Source: Thermodesulfobacteriota bacterium (GTDB lineage Bacteria; Desulfobacterota; Binatia; Bin18). From it: 64,000 nt of DNA. The notes beneath the pieces were generated by a model. It did no database searches and had not been told where the DNA came from. It was given only the letters and a program-made list of their open reading frames with translations. The position numbers were made by a program, and so were the translations under genes. Below are positions 37,736-47,942 of this stretch, piece after piece. The stretch is from contig OZ219926.1 in NCBI GenBank assembly GCA_964291405.2, forward strand, positions 32,001 to 96,000. The letters run 5' to 3'. Numbering within the stretch: position 1 is the first letter of the stretch; every line of letters begins with the position of its first letter.

Positions 37736-38215
37736 ATGGACGAACCTGGGGAGAAAGCAGAACTGGTTCGCGGAAGCTGTTTTTGTGGTGCTGTCCAGTT
37801 TGAGTTTACCCTGCCGACTCTCTTCTGCGGTCACTGTCACTGCTCGATGTGTCGGCGCATGCACGGGGCTGGCTATGTGACCTGGATAGGGGTGCCCACG
37901 CAACAACTCAGCCTGACTGCCGGGCAGGAGCAGTTGACCGTATTCGCCTCCTCGGAGCATGGTAAACGCTCGTTCTGCAATACCTGCGGCAGCTCGCTGT
38001 TCTGCCAGTCGAGCAAACATCCGGAGATCATGGATATTGTCCTGGCGAATCTGCACGATGTCATCGACCGCGAACCGCAAGCCCATTACTACTTCTCTGA
38101 TCGCGCGGACTGGACTGCCATAGGCGATGTCTTACCCCGCTTTGGCGGAGAAACCGGGACCGAACCCCTGGCAGCGGAGTCTGCCAGCCATATGACGACG
38201 GAGAAACACGCATGA
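37736..38215 (+). CDS. GFA / CENP-V family zinc protein
   Basis: GSCFCG, CHCSMCRR, RSFCNTCGS. Confidence 0.92.
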   Translation: MDEPGEKAELVRGSCFCGAVQFEFTLPTLFCGHCHCSMCRRMHGAGYVTWIGVPTQQLSLTAGQEQLTVFASSEHGKRSFCNTCGSSLFCQSSKHPEIMDIVLANLHDVIDREPQAHYYFSDRADWTAIGDVLPRFGGETGTEPLAAESASHMTTEKHA

Positions 38216-39048
38216 GTTACGGGCAGATTTTATATAACGCCCAGGATGGTATTGCGACGATTACGCTGAATCGACCGGAGAAGCTCAACGCCTGGACGAA
38301 CGTGCTGGAGCAGGAAGTCCGCCATGCCATGACTGAGGCGACGGCGGATGCGGCCGTCCGTGTGATTATTCTCACCGGCGCCGGACGTGGGTTTTGTGCC
38401 GGAGCGGATATGTCTCTGCTGAACGCGGTCCAAGAGCGGTCCGAAACCGCATCCGCGACCGAAAGACCGGTGGCCTTTCCCGGACCGATCTCCGGCGGGC
38501 TCGATCTGCCCCAGGCGTTCTCCTATCGCTATGCGTATTTCCCCACCGTCCCGAAGCCCATCATCGCGGCCATCAACGGTCCGGTCGCCGGCTTGGGGCT
38601 GATCCTCTCCCTGTACGCCGACCTCCGCTTTGCGTCGGATACGGCCGTCTTCACCACGGCCTTCTCGCGGCGCGGGCTCATTGCCGAACACGGGGTTGAT
38701 TGGATTCTGCCGCGGGTGGTCGGTCTGCCGAACGCTCTGGATTTGATGCTCTCGGCCCGAAAAATAACCGCACAGGAAGCCCTTCAAATGGGTCTGGTGA
38801 ATCGTCTCTATCCGGCTGACTCTTTTATGTCGGAAGTCCGGGACTATGCGCTTGAGCTGGCAACGATGGTGTCGCCGCGTTCCATGCGGGTCATGAAATC
38901 TCAGCTCTTTCGGGCTCAGGATGTTGATTTCGCAACCTCGCTGCAGGCCGGTCTGACCGAGATGACCGAGAGTTTCGGCAGCGAAGACTTTAAGGAAGGG
39001 GTGGCCCATTTTGTGGAAAAGCGTCTGCCCGAGTTTTCCGGCAAATAG
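38212..39048 (+). CDS. Enoyl-CoA hydratase/isomerase family
   Basis: LNRPEKLNA, FCAGAD, KPIIAAING. Confidence 0.93.
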   Translation: MSYGQILYNAQDGIATITLNRPEKLNAWTNVLEQEVRHAMTEATADAAVRVIILTGAGRGFCAGADMSLLNAVQERSETASATERPVAFPGPISGGLDLPQAFSYRYAYFPTVPKPIIAAINGPVAGLGLILSLYADLRFASDTAVFTTAFSRRGLIAEHGVDWILPRVVGLPNALDLMLSARKITAQEALQMGLVNRLYPADSFMSEVRDYALELATMVSPRSMRVMKSQLFRAQDVDFATSLQAGLTEMTESFGSEDFKEGVAHFVEKRLPEFSGK

Positions 39049-39081
39049 GGCGCTCACACATCAGAGTCCACGGAGGACAGG

Positions 39082-39942
39082 ATGCAAGTCGGGACGATCA
39101 AACAGATCTGGCGCTATCCGTTCAAGAGCATGCTGGGCGAACTGCTGGAGCAGACCGAGGTCAGCCCCCAGGGCGTGATCGGTGACCGGGGCTGGGCCGT
39201 GCGGGACGAGGTCCGGGGAGGGATTACGAGCGCCAAAAAAATCCCGACCCTGATGCACTGTCAGGCGCGCTATCCGGACAGCCCGACCAAGGAACAGATC
39301 GGCCCGGTTGAAATTACCGTTCCGGACGGCACGACCTTCTTGTCCAATGACCCGGACGCCGCAGCCCGACTCAGTCAGGCTCTGGACCGTCAGGTTTCCA
39401 TCTGGCCGATTCAGCCCGCCGAAAACCTGGAGCACTATCGACGCGGAAAGCCGACGCATAGCAATCCTGCCAAAGAGTTAAGAAGCCTCCTCGGTTTGGA
39501 GCCGGACGAACCCCTGCCGGATTTATCCATCTTCCCCAAAGAGATTCTGCAATACGCCTCGCCTCCGGGCACCTATTTCGATGCCTTCCCGCTACTGCTG
39601 GTGACCGAGGCCTCGTTGCAGCAACTGCGCTCCCTGAGTCCGGCTTCGCAGATCGACGCCCGGCGCTTTCGCCCGAATTTTTTGATTGAGACCGAGGATG
39701 CGGACGGTTTTGTTGAGACCTCGTGGCCGGGCAAACAGCTCCGCATCGGGAATATGACCCTCGACGTGACGATGAACTGCCTGCGCTGCGTTATGACCAC
39801 TCTCGGCTGCGCGAACCTGCCCAAAGACCCCAAGATCATGCGCACCCTGGTACGTGAGGCCAACCAGAATTTTGGGGTCTACGCCACTGTGAAAACCCCT
39901 GGGCAAGTGTCGGTTGGTGACCCGGTCGAGATTACAACCTAG
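39082..39942 (+). CDS. MOSC domain protein
   Basis: RYPFKS, GDR, RRFRPN, CLRC. Confidence 0.92.
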   Translation: MQVGTIKQIWRYPFKSMLGELLEQTEVSPQGVIGDRGWAVRDEVRGGITSAKKIPTLMHCQARYPDSPTKEQIGPVEITVPDGTTFLSNDPDAAARLSQALDRQVSIWPIQPAENLEHYRRGKPTHSNPAKELRSLLGLEPDEPLPDLSIFPKEILQYASPPGTYFDAFPLLLVTEASLQQLRSLSPASQIDARRFRPNFLIETEDADGFVETSWPGKQLRIGNMTLDVTMNCLRCVMTTLGCANLPKDPKIMRTLVREANQNFGVYATVKTPGQVSVGDPVEITT

Positions 39943-39964
39943 CCTTCATCGCCGAAATACACCC

Positions 39965-40078
39965 TCCCGAGACGTATGATGCATAGTGTGGCGTGAGCCT
40001 CCCAGGGGCCGCTCGCCCTCCTGCTGCCTGGGAGCGCGGCCATCCTGGCCGCGTGCGGGCTGGCAGCCCGCCCTCCGC
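39965..40078. repeat. Family D repeat (inverted relative to 19200-19335)
   Basis: CTGGGAGCGCGGCCATCCTGGCCGCGTGCGGGCTGGCAGCCCGC plus shared flank. Confidence 0.72.
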
Positions 40079-40159
40079 AAGGAGGCGCGATCCGGGTTCC
40101 ACCGCCGCGTGAAGGGCGCGAGCCGGCCTCACCCTTTGACGGAGACGTGCACAGGCCTC

Positions 40160-42964
40160 CTACTCGACCTCGGTAATCACAAAATTCTGTTGGTTCTGTT
40201 GCCACGCCAGCGTGACCGTCTGCCCCAGGGCCGGGAAGTCCGCCACCACACATTCCCCCTCGACGCCCCGCAGAAACTCCGCGCCCAGCGTGGTCACGCG
40301 TACCGTCGCCCGCCCGAGTTCTTCCCCGTCCACATAGGCCGTGACGGTATGCTCCCCGTCGTCCAGCCGGTTCCAGTTGAACAACAGCCCAAACCCGTTG
40401 TCCGTGTCGCCACACACTGCTTCGGTGTCCAGCCGCTCGGTGCCGTAGCCCGCCTCCTGTCGCTCCGTCTCTCCATTCTCTGTCTCGAACTCAATCTCCA
40501 CCGTCTCGGCCTCGCACACCCAGCCCGAAATCACCCCAATCCCGCTCTGAAAGGAGTTGGAGCCCGGATTCTCCAGATACCCCACCCCGGCCGTCCCGGC
40601 CCGGTTCTCTCCGGTCGGGGCGGGGCCGGCCGCGATCACGAAGTTCTGACGCGCCTCCTGCCACTCCAGCGTGACCCGCTCGCCGGGACTCGGAAAGTCC
40701 GCCACCACGCACTCTCCCTCGGCCTCCCGGAGAAAGTCAGGCCCCAGTGTCGTCACGCGCACCGTGGCCCGCCCGAGTTCTTCTCCGTCCACGTAGGCCA
40801 CGACGGTATGTTCCCCATCCTCCAGCCGGTTCCAGTTGAATAACAACCCGAAGCCGGTGTCCACGTCCCCGCAGAACTCTTCCGTGTCCTCCCGCTCTGT
40901 CCCATACGCCGCCTCCTGGGGCATCCCGTTCAGTTCGATCACGACCGACTCGGCGGCACACACCCAACCCGAGATAACCCCGATGCCGCTCTGAAAGGAG
41001 GCGGGGCCGGGGTTCTCCAGGGTGCCGACGACCAGGGTGGTCTCCAGGGTGTAGGCCCCGGGCTGACCCGCTACGGCGATGATGACCACCCCGGCGGCGA
41101 CCGGGACGCTGAGCCGGAAGTTCTGGCGCTCGCCGCCCCGGTCGGCGGTGGCAAGGACCTCCCCGGCCTGCCACACGGTGCCCCGCGTATCGGTGGCCCC
41201 GGTGGTCTCGACCACGAAGATGCCGGCCTGGGGGAGGTCGAGGGTGAAGTAGTCCATGTCGTTCGGACTGTTGAGCTGCCCCGGCGTGATGGAGGCCCAG
41301 GGCGCCGCCGGGTCGAGGGGAACCGGGGTCGCCTGCCCGGGTGTGTCCCCGTGCTCGTCTTGGGGGAGAGAGCCGCCACCCCCTCCGCTACCCCCATTCC
41401 CGCCGCTCGGCGGTGGTGGAGGCGGTGGAGGCGGTGGTGGTAGTGATGTATCGTTCCTCACCGCCCGGTCGGTAAAATCCCGCGCCTTGTTCCTGACCAA
41501 ATCCTGGACGGGTGTCGCCTCCGTTCCGGTTGGCGCCGTATAACTCAACCGCACCTCGTCGCTCGTTCCGACCGCAGTGAGAAGGGTCAATGTGACCGTA
41601 CTGTCGTCTATCGACACGCCGGTGACCTCGTTCGACTCGCCCCCGACGGTCACCGCGAACGCATCGGATGCTGGTACCGAGTTCTCATCCAGCATCTCGT
41701 CATAGCGCAACGTCAGCGTCGCGCCATTGACGACAAGCGGATCATCTGTGACTAACTGTGGCCAGAGGCCATCCACCTTGTGTCCCTCGACGTCTGTCAG
41801 GGCGTCGAGAATCAGTATCGCGTCCTGGTTGTCGCTGTCGCGAATGGTCCCGTCGTGCAGGTCCAGCGCGTCGGCTGCGATGCTCAACCCGTTGGGGTCT
41901 TCGTCCCCGATCTCCGGGACATCGTACCCGAGGAGGCGCAGGATACTCGCAGGGAAGCGGTCGACACCCTCGGCGACGGTATACCTGAACACCAGGACCG
42001 TTGTCCCCGACCCACTCTCGTATGACGCGGCTCGCTCATAGGAGCCGGTGCTGTCGAAGGTGAGCCAGAGTTGAGGGGTACCCGTAACCGTGACACTCTC
42101 GCTGAACGTCACCTCGATCTCGATCACTTCCCCGCCAGCGTAGGTTTGTCGGGCTGCGGGCATTGAGCTGATCGCCACGCTGCTCACACCCACGACGGAG
42201 GTCGTCACCGCCTGATTGACCAGCGCCGCGACGCGGTTGCCTGCCTTGTCCTGGATGGGATCAGTTCCGACGGTATAACTCACCGTCACCTGGTCGGTTG
42301 CCGCCACCGCCGAAGCGAGGGTGAGCGTGACCGCGCGGGCGCTGATCGATACGTCGATCACAGCTCGCTCCGCGTTGTTCACCATCACCGCATAGTCGCT
42401 GGCGGGCGTCCGCGAATACAACCAGAGTGTGTCGTTGTAGGTCAGCACGAGATGCGTGCCGTGTACCGCCGCTGTCTGGAGGACCGGCGTAATGCCGTCG
42501 ACTTCAAGTCTATATCTCGGATCCTCATGCGCCTCGTGCTCCAGGTCTGCGTCGAGGTCGGCATTGTGCTTTTTAATGCTGCCACCGTTTAACTTGAGTG
42601 CATTGGCGTCAATCGTGACGTCGGGGGCTTCGTCGGTGTCCGCTACGGGGTAGTGGAAAACCAGGGCCGTTGAGGGCGGGCCGCTTTGATAATCGGCTTG
42701 GCGGGTCTTGGAGCCGATGGTCAGGTCGATTTGCGGCGTGCCAGTGACGGCCACGACCTCGCTGAAGGTCACGGTCACTTCGATGATGTCGGCAAGTTTG
42801 TAATCGTAGTAAATAGGTAACTCATCCGTACGTGAGAAAGCGATACTCTCGATCATCGGGGCATCTGTCTGGCCCCCGACGCTAGGGGGGAATAGTGCCA
42901 CCATGAACACGAGTAGGGCGGCGGTGAGACTCAACCTCCGTATCAATACTCGACAGAGTCTCAT
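40160..42964 (-). CDS. Secreted protein with Ig-like/SwmB-like repeats, poly-Pro linker, DEHGD domain and duplicated LENP...GFGLLFNWN module
   Basis: Signal peptide; two IEVxVTFSExVxVTGTP units alternate with two LxLxY..L..P...AVxV units; C-terminal ~400 aa homologous to 14788-16764. Confidence 0.85.
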   Translation of the reverse strand: MRLCRVLIRRLSLTAALLVFMVALFPPSVGGQTDAPMIESIAFSRTDELPIYYDYKLADIIEVTVTFSEVVAVTGTPQIDLTIGSKTRQADYQSGPPSTALVFHYPVADTDEAPDVTIDANALKLNGGSIKKHNADLDADLEHEAHEDPRYRLEVDGITPVLQTAAVHGTHLVLTYNDTLWLYSRTPASDYAVMVNNAERAVIDVSISARAVTLTLASAVAATDQVTVSYTVGTDPIQDKAGNRVAALVNQAVTTSVVGVSSVAISSMPAARQTYAGGEVIEIEVTFSESVTVTGTPQLWLTFDSTGSYERAASYESGSGTTVLVFRYTVAEGVDRFPASILRLLGYDVPEIGDEDPNGLSIAADALDLHDGTIRDSDNQDAILILDALTDVEGHKVDGLWPQLVTDDPLVVNGATLTLRYDEMLDENSVPASDAFAVTVGGESNEVTGVSIDDSTVTLTLLTAVGTSDEVRLSYTAPTGTEATPVQDLVRNKARDFTDRAVRNDTSLPPPPPPPPPPPSGGNGGSGGGGGSLPQDEHGDTPGQATPVPLDPAAPWASITPGQLNSPNDMDYFTLDLPQAGIFVVETTGATDTRGTVWQAGEVLATADRGGERQNFRLSVPVAAGVVIIAVAGQPGAYTLETTLVVGTLENPGPASFQSGIGVISGWVCAAESVVIELNGMPQEAAYGTEREDTEEFCGDVDTGFGLLFNWNRLEDGEHTVVAYVDGEELGRATVRVTTLGPDFLREAEGECVVADFPSPGERVTLEWQEARQNFVIAAGPAPTGENRAGTAGVGYLENPGSNSFQSGIGVISGWVCEAETVEIEFETENGETERQEAGYGTERLDTEAVCGDTDNGFGLLFNWNRLDDGEHTVTAYVDGEELGRATVRVTTLGAEFLRGVEGECVVADFPALGQTVTLAWQQNQQNFVITEVE

Positions 42965-43009
42965 GTTGAAAAGTCCTTACCAGTAAAAACGAGGAAATCC
43001 GTTTTTTTC

Positions 43010-44086
43010 TTAATACCGCGCCATAACCTTGTCCTTAAAATCGGCCAGCACCTTGCGGGCGCTGGCCATTGGCGGAAGCAGGCTGACTTCTTTGAGTCCG
43101 TTTTTCTCCGCGGCGCGCAGCTTGTCAAGAATCTCGTCTGGTGTCCCCACGATGCACGAACCCTCGATGGCTTTGGGTGTGATAAAACGTCGCTCCTCGG
43201 GCATCAGAAACGTGCAGTGGCCATTGTGAATCTGGAGATAACGTTTCTCCGCCGGGGTCTCCATTTTTTTCACATAGGCGCAGTATTCGTCCCAAATATC
43301 GTGGATGGACGGAGGAATCATCTCTTCCTTGCCGGTGAACTCGTAGATTTCATAGGCAAAATGCAGGACCGCCGACACCCATGAGCCGCATTCGTCTATG
43401 ACCCGCTCCGAGGTGAGGTCCTCGCCCGGTTCCAGCACAACAACAGAGGTGAGCGAGACGGTATGATAGTCGCTCAGGTCCCGGCCCACTCTGGCGGCCC
43501 CCTGACCCACATAGTCCATATTCAGATTCAGGACGGCCTCCTGCTCGTTCAACACCGAGATCAGACCATCGCCAAATTCGCCGGCGGCTTTGAGGGCCAG
43601 CGGTCCATTGGCCGCCACAATAATTGGAATGGGATGCTCCAGGTCGATGAATTTCAAATCCTGGTGCAAAAACCGGATGGTCCGCGTGGTGTCATTGAAG
43701 GTGTACTCGACCTCCTCGCCTTGCAGAAGAGTCCGGAGGACGCGCAGGTACTCGCGGAAGTCACGAATTTTCATGGGATTCATGCCCATGACGCGCATGG
43801 CGGTATGTCCCGTCCCGATGCCGAGAAAGGCGCGGCCCGGCGCCAGCCGATTAACCGAAGCAATCGAGTGGGCGGTGACCGGAGCGATCCGGGTGCCGGG
43901 GATGGCGACCCCGGTGCCGAGTTTAATCCGTGACGTGTTTTGCGCCGCCACGGCCAGCGTGGCGTAGCAGTCGGACCAGATCATCTGGGAATCGGGCACC
44001 CAGGCCCGGTCATAGCCCAGGTCTTCGGCGAATTTAATGAGTTGCCAGTCTCCGATATTCGTTGCCACCGTGACGCTGAACTCCAT
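43010..44086 (-). CDS. LLM (Mer-like) oxidoreductase
   Basis: PDSQM, LGTGV, LGIGTG, AANGP; AGGAGG RBS before ATG 44086. Confidence 0.9.
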   Translation of the reverse strand: MEFSVTVATNIGDWQLIKFAEDLGYDRAWVPDSQMIWSDCYATLAVAAQNTSRIKLGTGVAIPGTRIAPVTAHSIASVNRLAPGRAFLGIGTGHTAMRVMGMNPMKIRDFREYLRVLRTLLQGEEVEYTFNDTTRTIRFLHQDLKFIDLEHPIPIIVAANGPLALKAAGEFGDGLISVLNEQEAVLNLNMDYVGQGAARVGRDLSDYHTVSLTSVVVLEPGEDLTSERVIDECGSWVSAVLHFAYEIYEFTGKEEMIPPSIHDIWDEYCAYVKKMETPAEKRYLQIHNGHCTFLMPEERRFITPKAIEGSCIVGTPDEILDKLRAAEKNGLKEVSLLPPMASARKVLADFKDKVMARY

Positions 44087-44275
44087 GGCCTCCTCCTTAC
44101 AGGGAAAAATTCTCTTGGGGGTCACCGGAGGCATACCATACCGGGGTGTCTTTCGCCATGTCCGGAGCAGCGCAAAACAATTGACAAACAGTAGGCCTGA
44201 ATGAGACAACCGCCTACAGGGTGGGCCGGAGGAGAGGAGAACGAGAGACCGGGGTCAGACGAAGGGAGGCGTCCA

Positions 44276-45421
44276 ATGGAAACATGCGATTTTCTCATTA
44301 TCGGAGCTGGTATAGCCGGGGCGTCGGTTGCCTTTGAGCTGGCTCCACACGGTCGGGTCATTGCCCTTGAGCGCGAAGCCGTGCCCGGCCATCATTCAAC
44401 CGGCCGGTCGGCCGCCGTCTTAACCCAGAATTACGGCAACTCCGTTATTCGACGCCTCACCCTGGCGACCCGACCGTTTCTGGAACATCCGCCGGACGGG
44501 TTTACCGAATACCCCCTGACCGCTCCCCGCCAGATGCTGTGGATCGCACGCGAGGATCAGAAGGCCGGTCTGGAGTCAACGCTTGGTGAGGCGCAGCGGC
44601 TGGTCCCCACGATTCGCGCGGTTGCACCCGCAGAGGCATACGCTCTGTGTTCTGCCTTACGACCCGGCTATGTCGCCTATGCCATCCTGGAGCCCCACGC
44701 CTTGGACTTGGACGTACATGCGATTCATCAGGGTTTCTTGCGGGGATTAAGAAACCGGGGTGGAACGGTGGTCACAAACGCCGAAGTGGTCCGGTTTCGG
44801 CAGACGGACGCGAGCTGGGAGGTCCAGACGCCCGACCAGCAATACGCAGCTGCGGTCGTGGTGAATGCGGCTGGGGCGTGGTGTGATGTCATTGGCCAGT
44901 TGGCAGGAGCGCACCCGGTCGGCCTGGTACCGAAACGCCGCACGGCCTTTACCTGTAACGGCCCTGCTGGGGTACCGCCGGAAGAACTCGCGGCGTGGCC
45001 GGTTATCATCGATAGTGATGAAGAATTCTATTTTAAGCCCGAGTCCGGCGGGATTCTTGCCTCTCCCGCGGATGAAACCCCGATGGACCCGTGTGATGTG
45101 TTTCCGGACGACTATGATGTGGCGGTTGCCATAGACCGTATTCAAAAAGCAACGACCTTGTCCATTGCCCATATTAACCGTAGATGGGCTGGATTGCGCA
45201 GCTTTGTCCCGGATAAAACACCCGTCGTGGGCATGGATAGCGAACGCGCCGGATTTTTCTGGCTAGCCGGGCAGGGCGGTTATGGTATCCAGACCTCGTC
45301 TGCGATGGGCCGTACCGCGGCCAGCCTGATAGTGAACCAGCGTTTACCTCAGGACTTAACCGATATGGGGCTCACGCCTGAGGACTTGGCGCCGATTCGG
45401 GTACAAGCGGAAAGAGACTAA
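44276..45421 (+). CDS. FAD-dependent oxidoreductase, D-amino acid oxidase family
   Basis: IIGAGIAG, HSTGRSAA, VNAAGAW, WAGLR, GQGGYGIQ. Confidence 0.9.
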   Translation: METCDFLIIGAGIAGASVAFELAPHGRVIALEREAVPGHHSTGRSAAVLTQNYGNSVIRRLTLATRPFLEHPPDGFTEYPLTAPRQMLWIAREDQKAGLESTLGEAQRLVPTIRAVAPAEAYALCSALRPGYVAYAILEPHALDLDVHAIHQGFLRGLRNRGGTVVTNAEVVRFRQTDASWEVQTPDQQYAAAVVVNAAGAWCDVIGQLAGAHPVGLVPKRRTAFTCNGPAGVPPEELAAWPVIIDSDEEFYFKPESGGILASPADETPMDPCDVFPDDYDVAVAIDRIQKATTLSIAHINRRWAGLRSFVPDKTPVVGMDSERAGFFWLAGQGGYGIQTSSAMGRTAASLIVNQRLPQDLTDMGLTPEDLAPIRVQAERD

Positions 45422-45430
45422 GGAGGGTAG

Positions 45431-46642
45431 GTGCGGAAGAAGGACAAGCGAATAAAGAGACGGGACGCGCTGAAATGGATTGCCGCTTCAGGTGCCGCAG
45501 CGTTCCTGGGGCGCTCTACATTGGTATCGCCGGTCTTTGCCCGAGATCAGAATATAGATCAGACCGTCCGCATTGGAGCCTTAATCCCCCTCAGCGGGGA
45601 TGCCGATACGTACGCCCGGCAGATGCGTCTTGGCATTGACACCGCGGTCGCCGAGATCAATGGCAGCGGCGGGGTCCTCGGCAGGAAGATCGCGGTTGAA
45701 TACCGCGACTCGGAAACAACTCCGGCGGTCCTGCCCGAGCGCTGCCGGGAGTTGGTTGACGAGTGGGGGGCGATCGCCCTTATCGGACCGTGGGCCGCGG
45801 CCGGGCGGAAGTATGCGGCCCGTTTTCTCTCCGAGCGCAACATTCCCCTGGTGAATGCGAGCAATCATGCGGGGGGCTTTTGTTCGCCCGTCCTGTTCTC
45901 CCTGGGCCCGACTACGAGTCAGGATGGACATGCCCTCGTCCGCTATCTGGACGAAGAAGAGCAGATTAAAGATTATTTCATGCTGGGTTCGTATCCCAGT
46001 TGGCAGAATACGATGTTCCGTCAACTGCGCCTTCCGATGTATCAGCGCGGCCACCACGTCCACGGCCAGGCCCTGACCTCAACTGGAGAGCGGCAGTTCC
46101 GGCCCATCATCCGCTGGATTCAAGAGACGAATACGGCCTCGGTGTTGTTTTGCGTGATGCGGAAGCATGGGCAAGAATTTCTCCATCAAGCCAGCGAGCT
46201 TGGTCTGCTGAATAAACTCACCGTCGGCTGGATCGGGTTTAACGACGCTCTGGTTGACGGACTCACGTCCGAAGAACTGAAACGGATTGTGACCTCGAGT
46301 CCGTTTGTCGCGAGTGACCCTGAAGGCGGTGTGCCCGATTTTGTTGCGCGGGTGCGCTCTCAGCACGGCAGCAATACTCCTGTTGGCTACCATGCCTTGA
46401 CGCATTATAACGCGGTGAAAGCGCTCAAGGCGGCCTGGGAAAAAAGCGGAGAGGTGAGTGCCGCTTCGGCACTCACGGGGCTGCGCGGGTTGAGCTTCGA
46501 GTCGCCGACAGGTCCGGTGGCCATAGACGCGGCAAATCAGCACGCAACCATGCCTATTGTGGTTGCCCGTGGCAGCAAGGAAGGGCTACAGCTTGTCAAA
46601 AGACTCGGCCCCCTTGACCCGGACCCAGGTTGCAGTATCTGA
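45431..46642 (+). CDS. Periplasmic substrate-binding protein (LivK/AmiC/UrtA-like) with Tat signal
   Basis: KRRDALK twin-Arg; IGALIPLSG, INGSGGVLGR, FESPTGPV. Confidence 0.85.
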   Translation: MRKKDKRIKRRDALKWIAASGAAAFLGRSTLVSPVFARDQNIDQTVRIGALIPLSGDADTYARQMRLGIDTAVAEINGSGGVLGRKIAVEYRDSETTPAVLPERCRELVDEWGAIALIGPWAAAGRKYAARFLSERNIPLVNASNHAGGFCSPVLFSLGPTTSQDGHALVRYLDEEEQIKDYFMLGSYPSWQNTMFRQLRLPMYQRGHHVHGQALTSTGERQFRPIIRWIQETNTASVLFCVMRKHGQEFLHQASELGLLNKLTVGWIGFNDALVDGLTSEELKRIVTSSPFVASDPEGGVPDFVARVRSQHGSNTPVGYHALTHYNAVKALKAAWEKSGEVSAASALTGLRGLSFESPTGPVAIDAANQHATMPIVVARGSKEGLQLVKRLGPLDPDPGCSI

Positions 46643-46656
46643 ATGCGGAGGAATGT

Positions 46657-47097
46657 ATGCCTGACTCAGAACCACTGTATCCGAAAAGATTCTTCCGCCG
46701 GTATGGTTGGCTCATCATGCTCGGGCTCCTGGGCGCGTGCGCTCCGCGACCGCAGGGTGACCTTGCGGCTCTGCGGCGAGCCGAAATCCCGAGCGACATC
46801 ACGGACGCGCGCGGTCGCGTCGTCTCAAGCCGAGCGCTGAAAGCCTATAAAACATCTCAAGTCCGCACAGTCGAAAAGCAGTACGCAACGGCTGACCATG
46901 CCCTGTCACAATTGCCGGGGGTTGTGGCGGTTCGACCCGGCTACGGGGTTGTGTATGTCTATACCAGTCGGCCTGCGGAAGTGCCGGCGGAATTTGAGGG
47001 GACCCCTGTCAGGGCCCTACCGCCGGAATTTGTAAACGGCGTCTCCGAAGAATGGGTGACGCCGGATCAGCTTCCACCGCTTGGTCAGGGCAATTAA
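46657..47097 (+). CDS. Hypothetical lipoprotein
   Basis: GGAGG RBS; lipobox LLGAC. Confidence 0.65.
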   Translation: MPDSEPLYPKRFFRRYGWLIMLGLLGACAPRPQGDLAALRRAEIPSDITDARGRVVSSRALKAYKTSQVRTVEKQYATADHALSQLPGVVAVRPGYGVVYVYTSRPAEVPAEFEGTPVRALPPEFVNGVSEEWVTPDQLPPLGQGN

Positions 47098-47116
47098 CAG
47101 CAGAAGGAGAAAATCT

Positions 47117-47896
47117 ATGGCCGAATATGTCAGTGTTGCAGAAGCAAGAAAGCAGTCCGGTATGCGGATGGTCCTGGGCCAAGGTATCCCTGGTCCGTGG
47201 GCGGAAGGGATTCGGGGCATTCTGGACGTGAAGAAGATTCCGTACACGCGCGGGCTGTTCGAGATCGGCTCCGACCACGCCGACCTGATTGCCTGGACGG
47301 CGCAGGCCTCCGCGCCGGCGATTGCCTGGAATGATGAACTCCCAAAATCAAACTGGGCCGAGCAGCTCTATTTGGCGGAACGCATCCAACCTGAGCCTGC
47401 GCTTATTCCGGCCGATCAAGCCGACCGGATCAAAATGTTCGGCTACGCCAATGAACTATGCGGCATGCACGGCTTTGGCTGGAGTCGACGCTTGATGATG
47501 GTGCATATGGGTCTGTCCACACCGGACCTGCCGGAAGAGCAACGGGCCTTCTTCCAAGCCTTTGGCACAAAATACGGCTACTCGCCTGAGGCCGCGGAAG
47601 CCGCTCCCGCGCGGGTCATCGCAATCCTGAACGCCCTGAGCAGCCTGCTTGAAGAGCAGCAGGCCCAGGGCAGTCGCTATTTTATCGGCACCAGGCTGTC
47701 AGCCCTGGACATTTATTGGGCCGGCTTCTCGCATCTGATTGAGCCCCTGCCGCCTGAGGAGTGCCCGATGCTCGAAGACTTCCGTCCGCTCTACCAGAAC
47801 CATGATCCCGGCGTGGCCGCCGCGGCCACACAGATACTCATGGACCACCGGCATTTCATCTACGCGGAGCACCTGGGTCTGCCCATGGATTTGTGA
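47117..47896 (+). CDS. Glutathione S-transferase-like protein
   Basis: PGPWAEGIRG, YFIGTRLSALDIYW; colinear with 13395-14180. Confidence 0.7.
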   Translation: MAEYVSVAEARKQSGMRMVLGQGIPGPWAEGIRGILDVKKIPYTRGLFEIGSDHADLIAWTAQASAPAIAWNDELPKSNWAEQLYLAERIQPEPALIPADQADRIKMFGYANELCGMHGFGWSRRLMMVHMGLSTPDLPEEQRAFFQAFGTKYGYSPEAAEAAPARVIAILNALSSLLEEQQAQGSRYFIGTRLSALDIYWAGFSHLIEPLPPEECPMLEDFRPLYQNHDPGVAAAATQILMDHRHFIYAEHLGLPMDL

Positions 47897-47910
47897 GGTT
47901 CGGCGGAAGG

Positions 47911-47938
47911 GTAGGGGCAATTCATGAATTGCCCCTAC
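47911..47938. repeat. Family B REP palindrome between convergent genes
   Basis: GTAGGGGCAATTCATGAATTGCCCCTAC. Confidence 0.85.
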
Positions 47939-47942
47939 AGGT

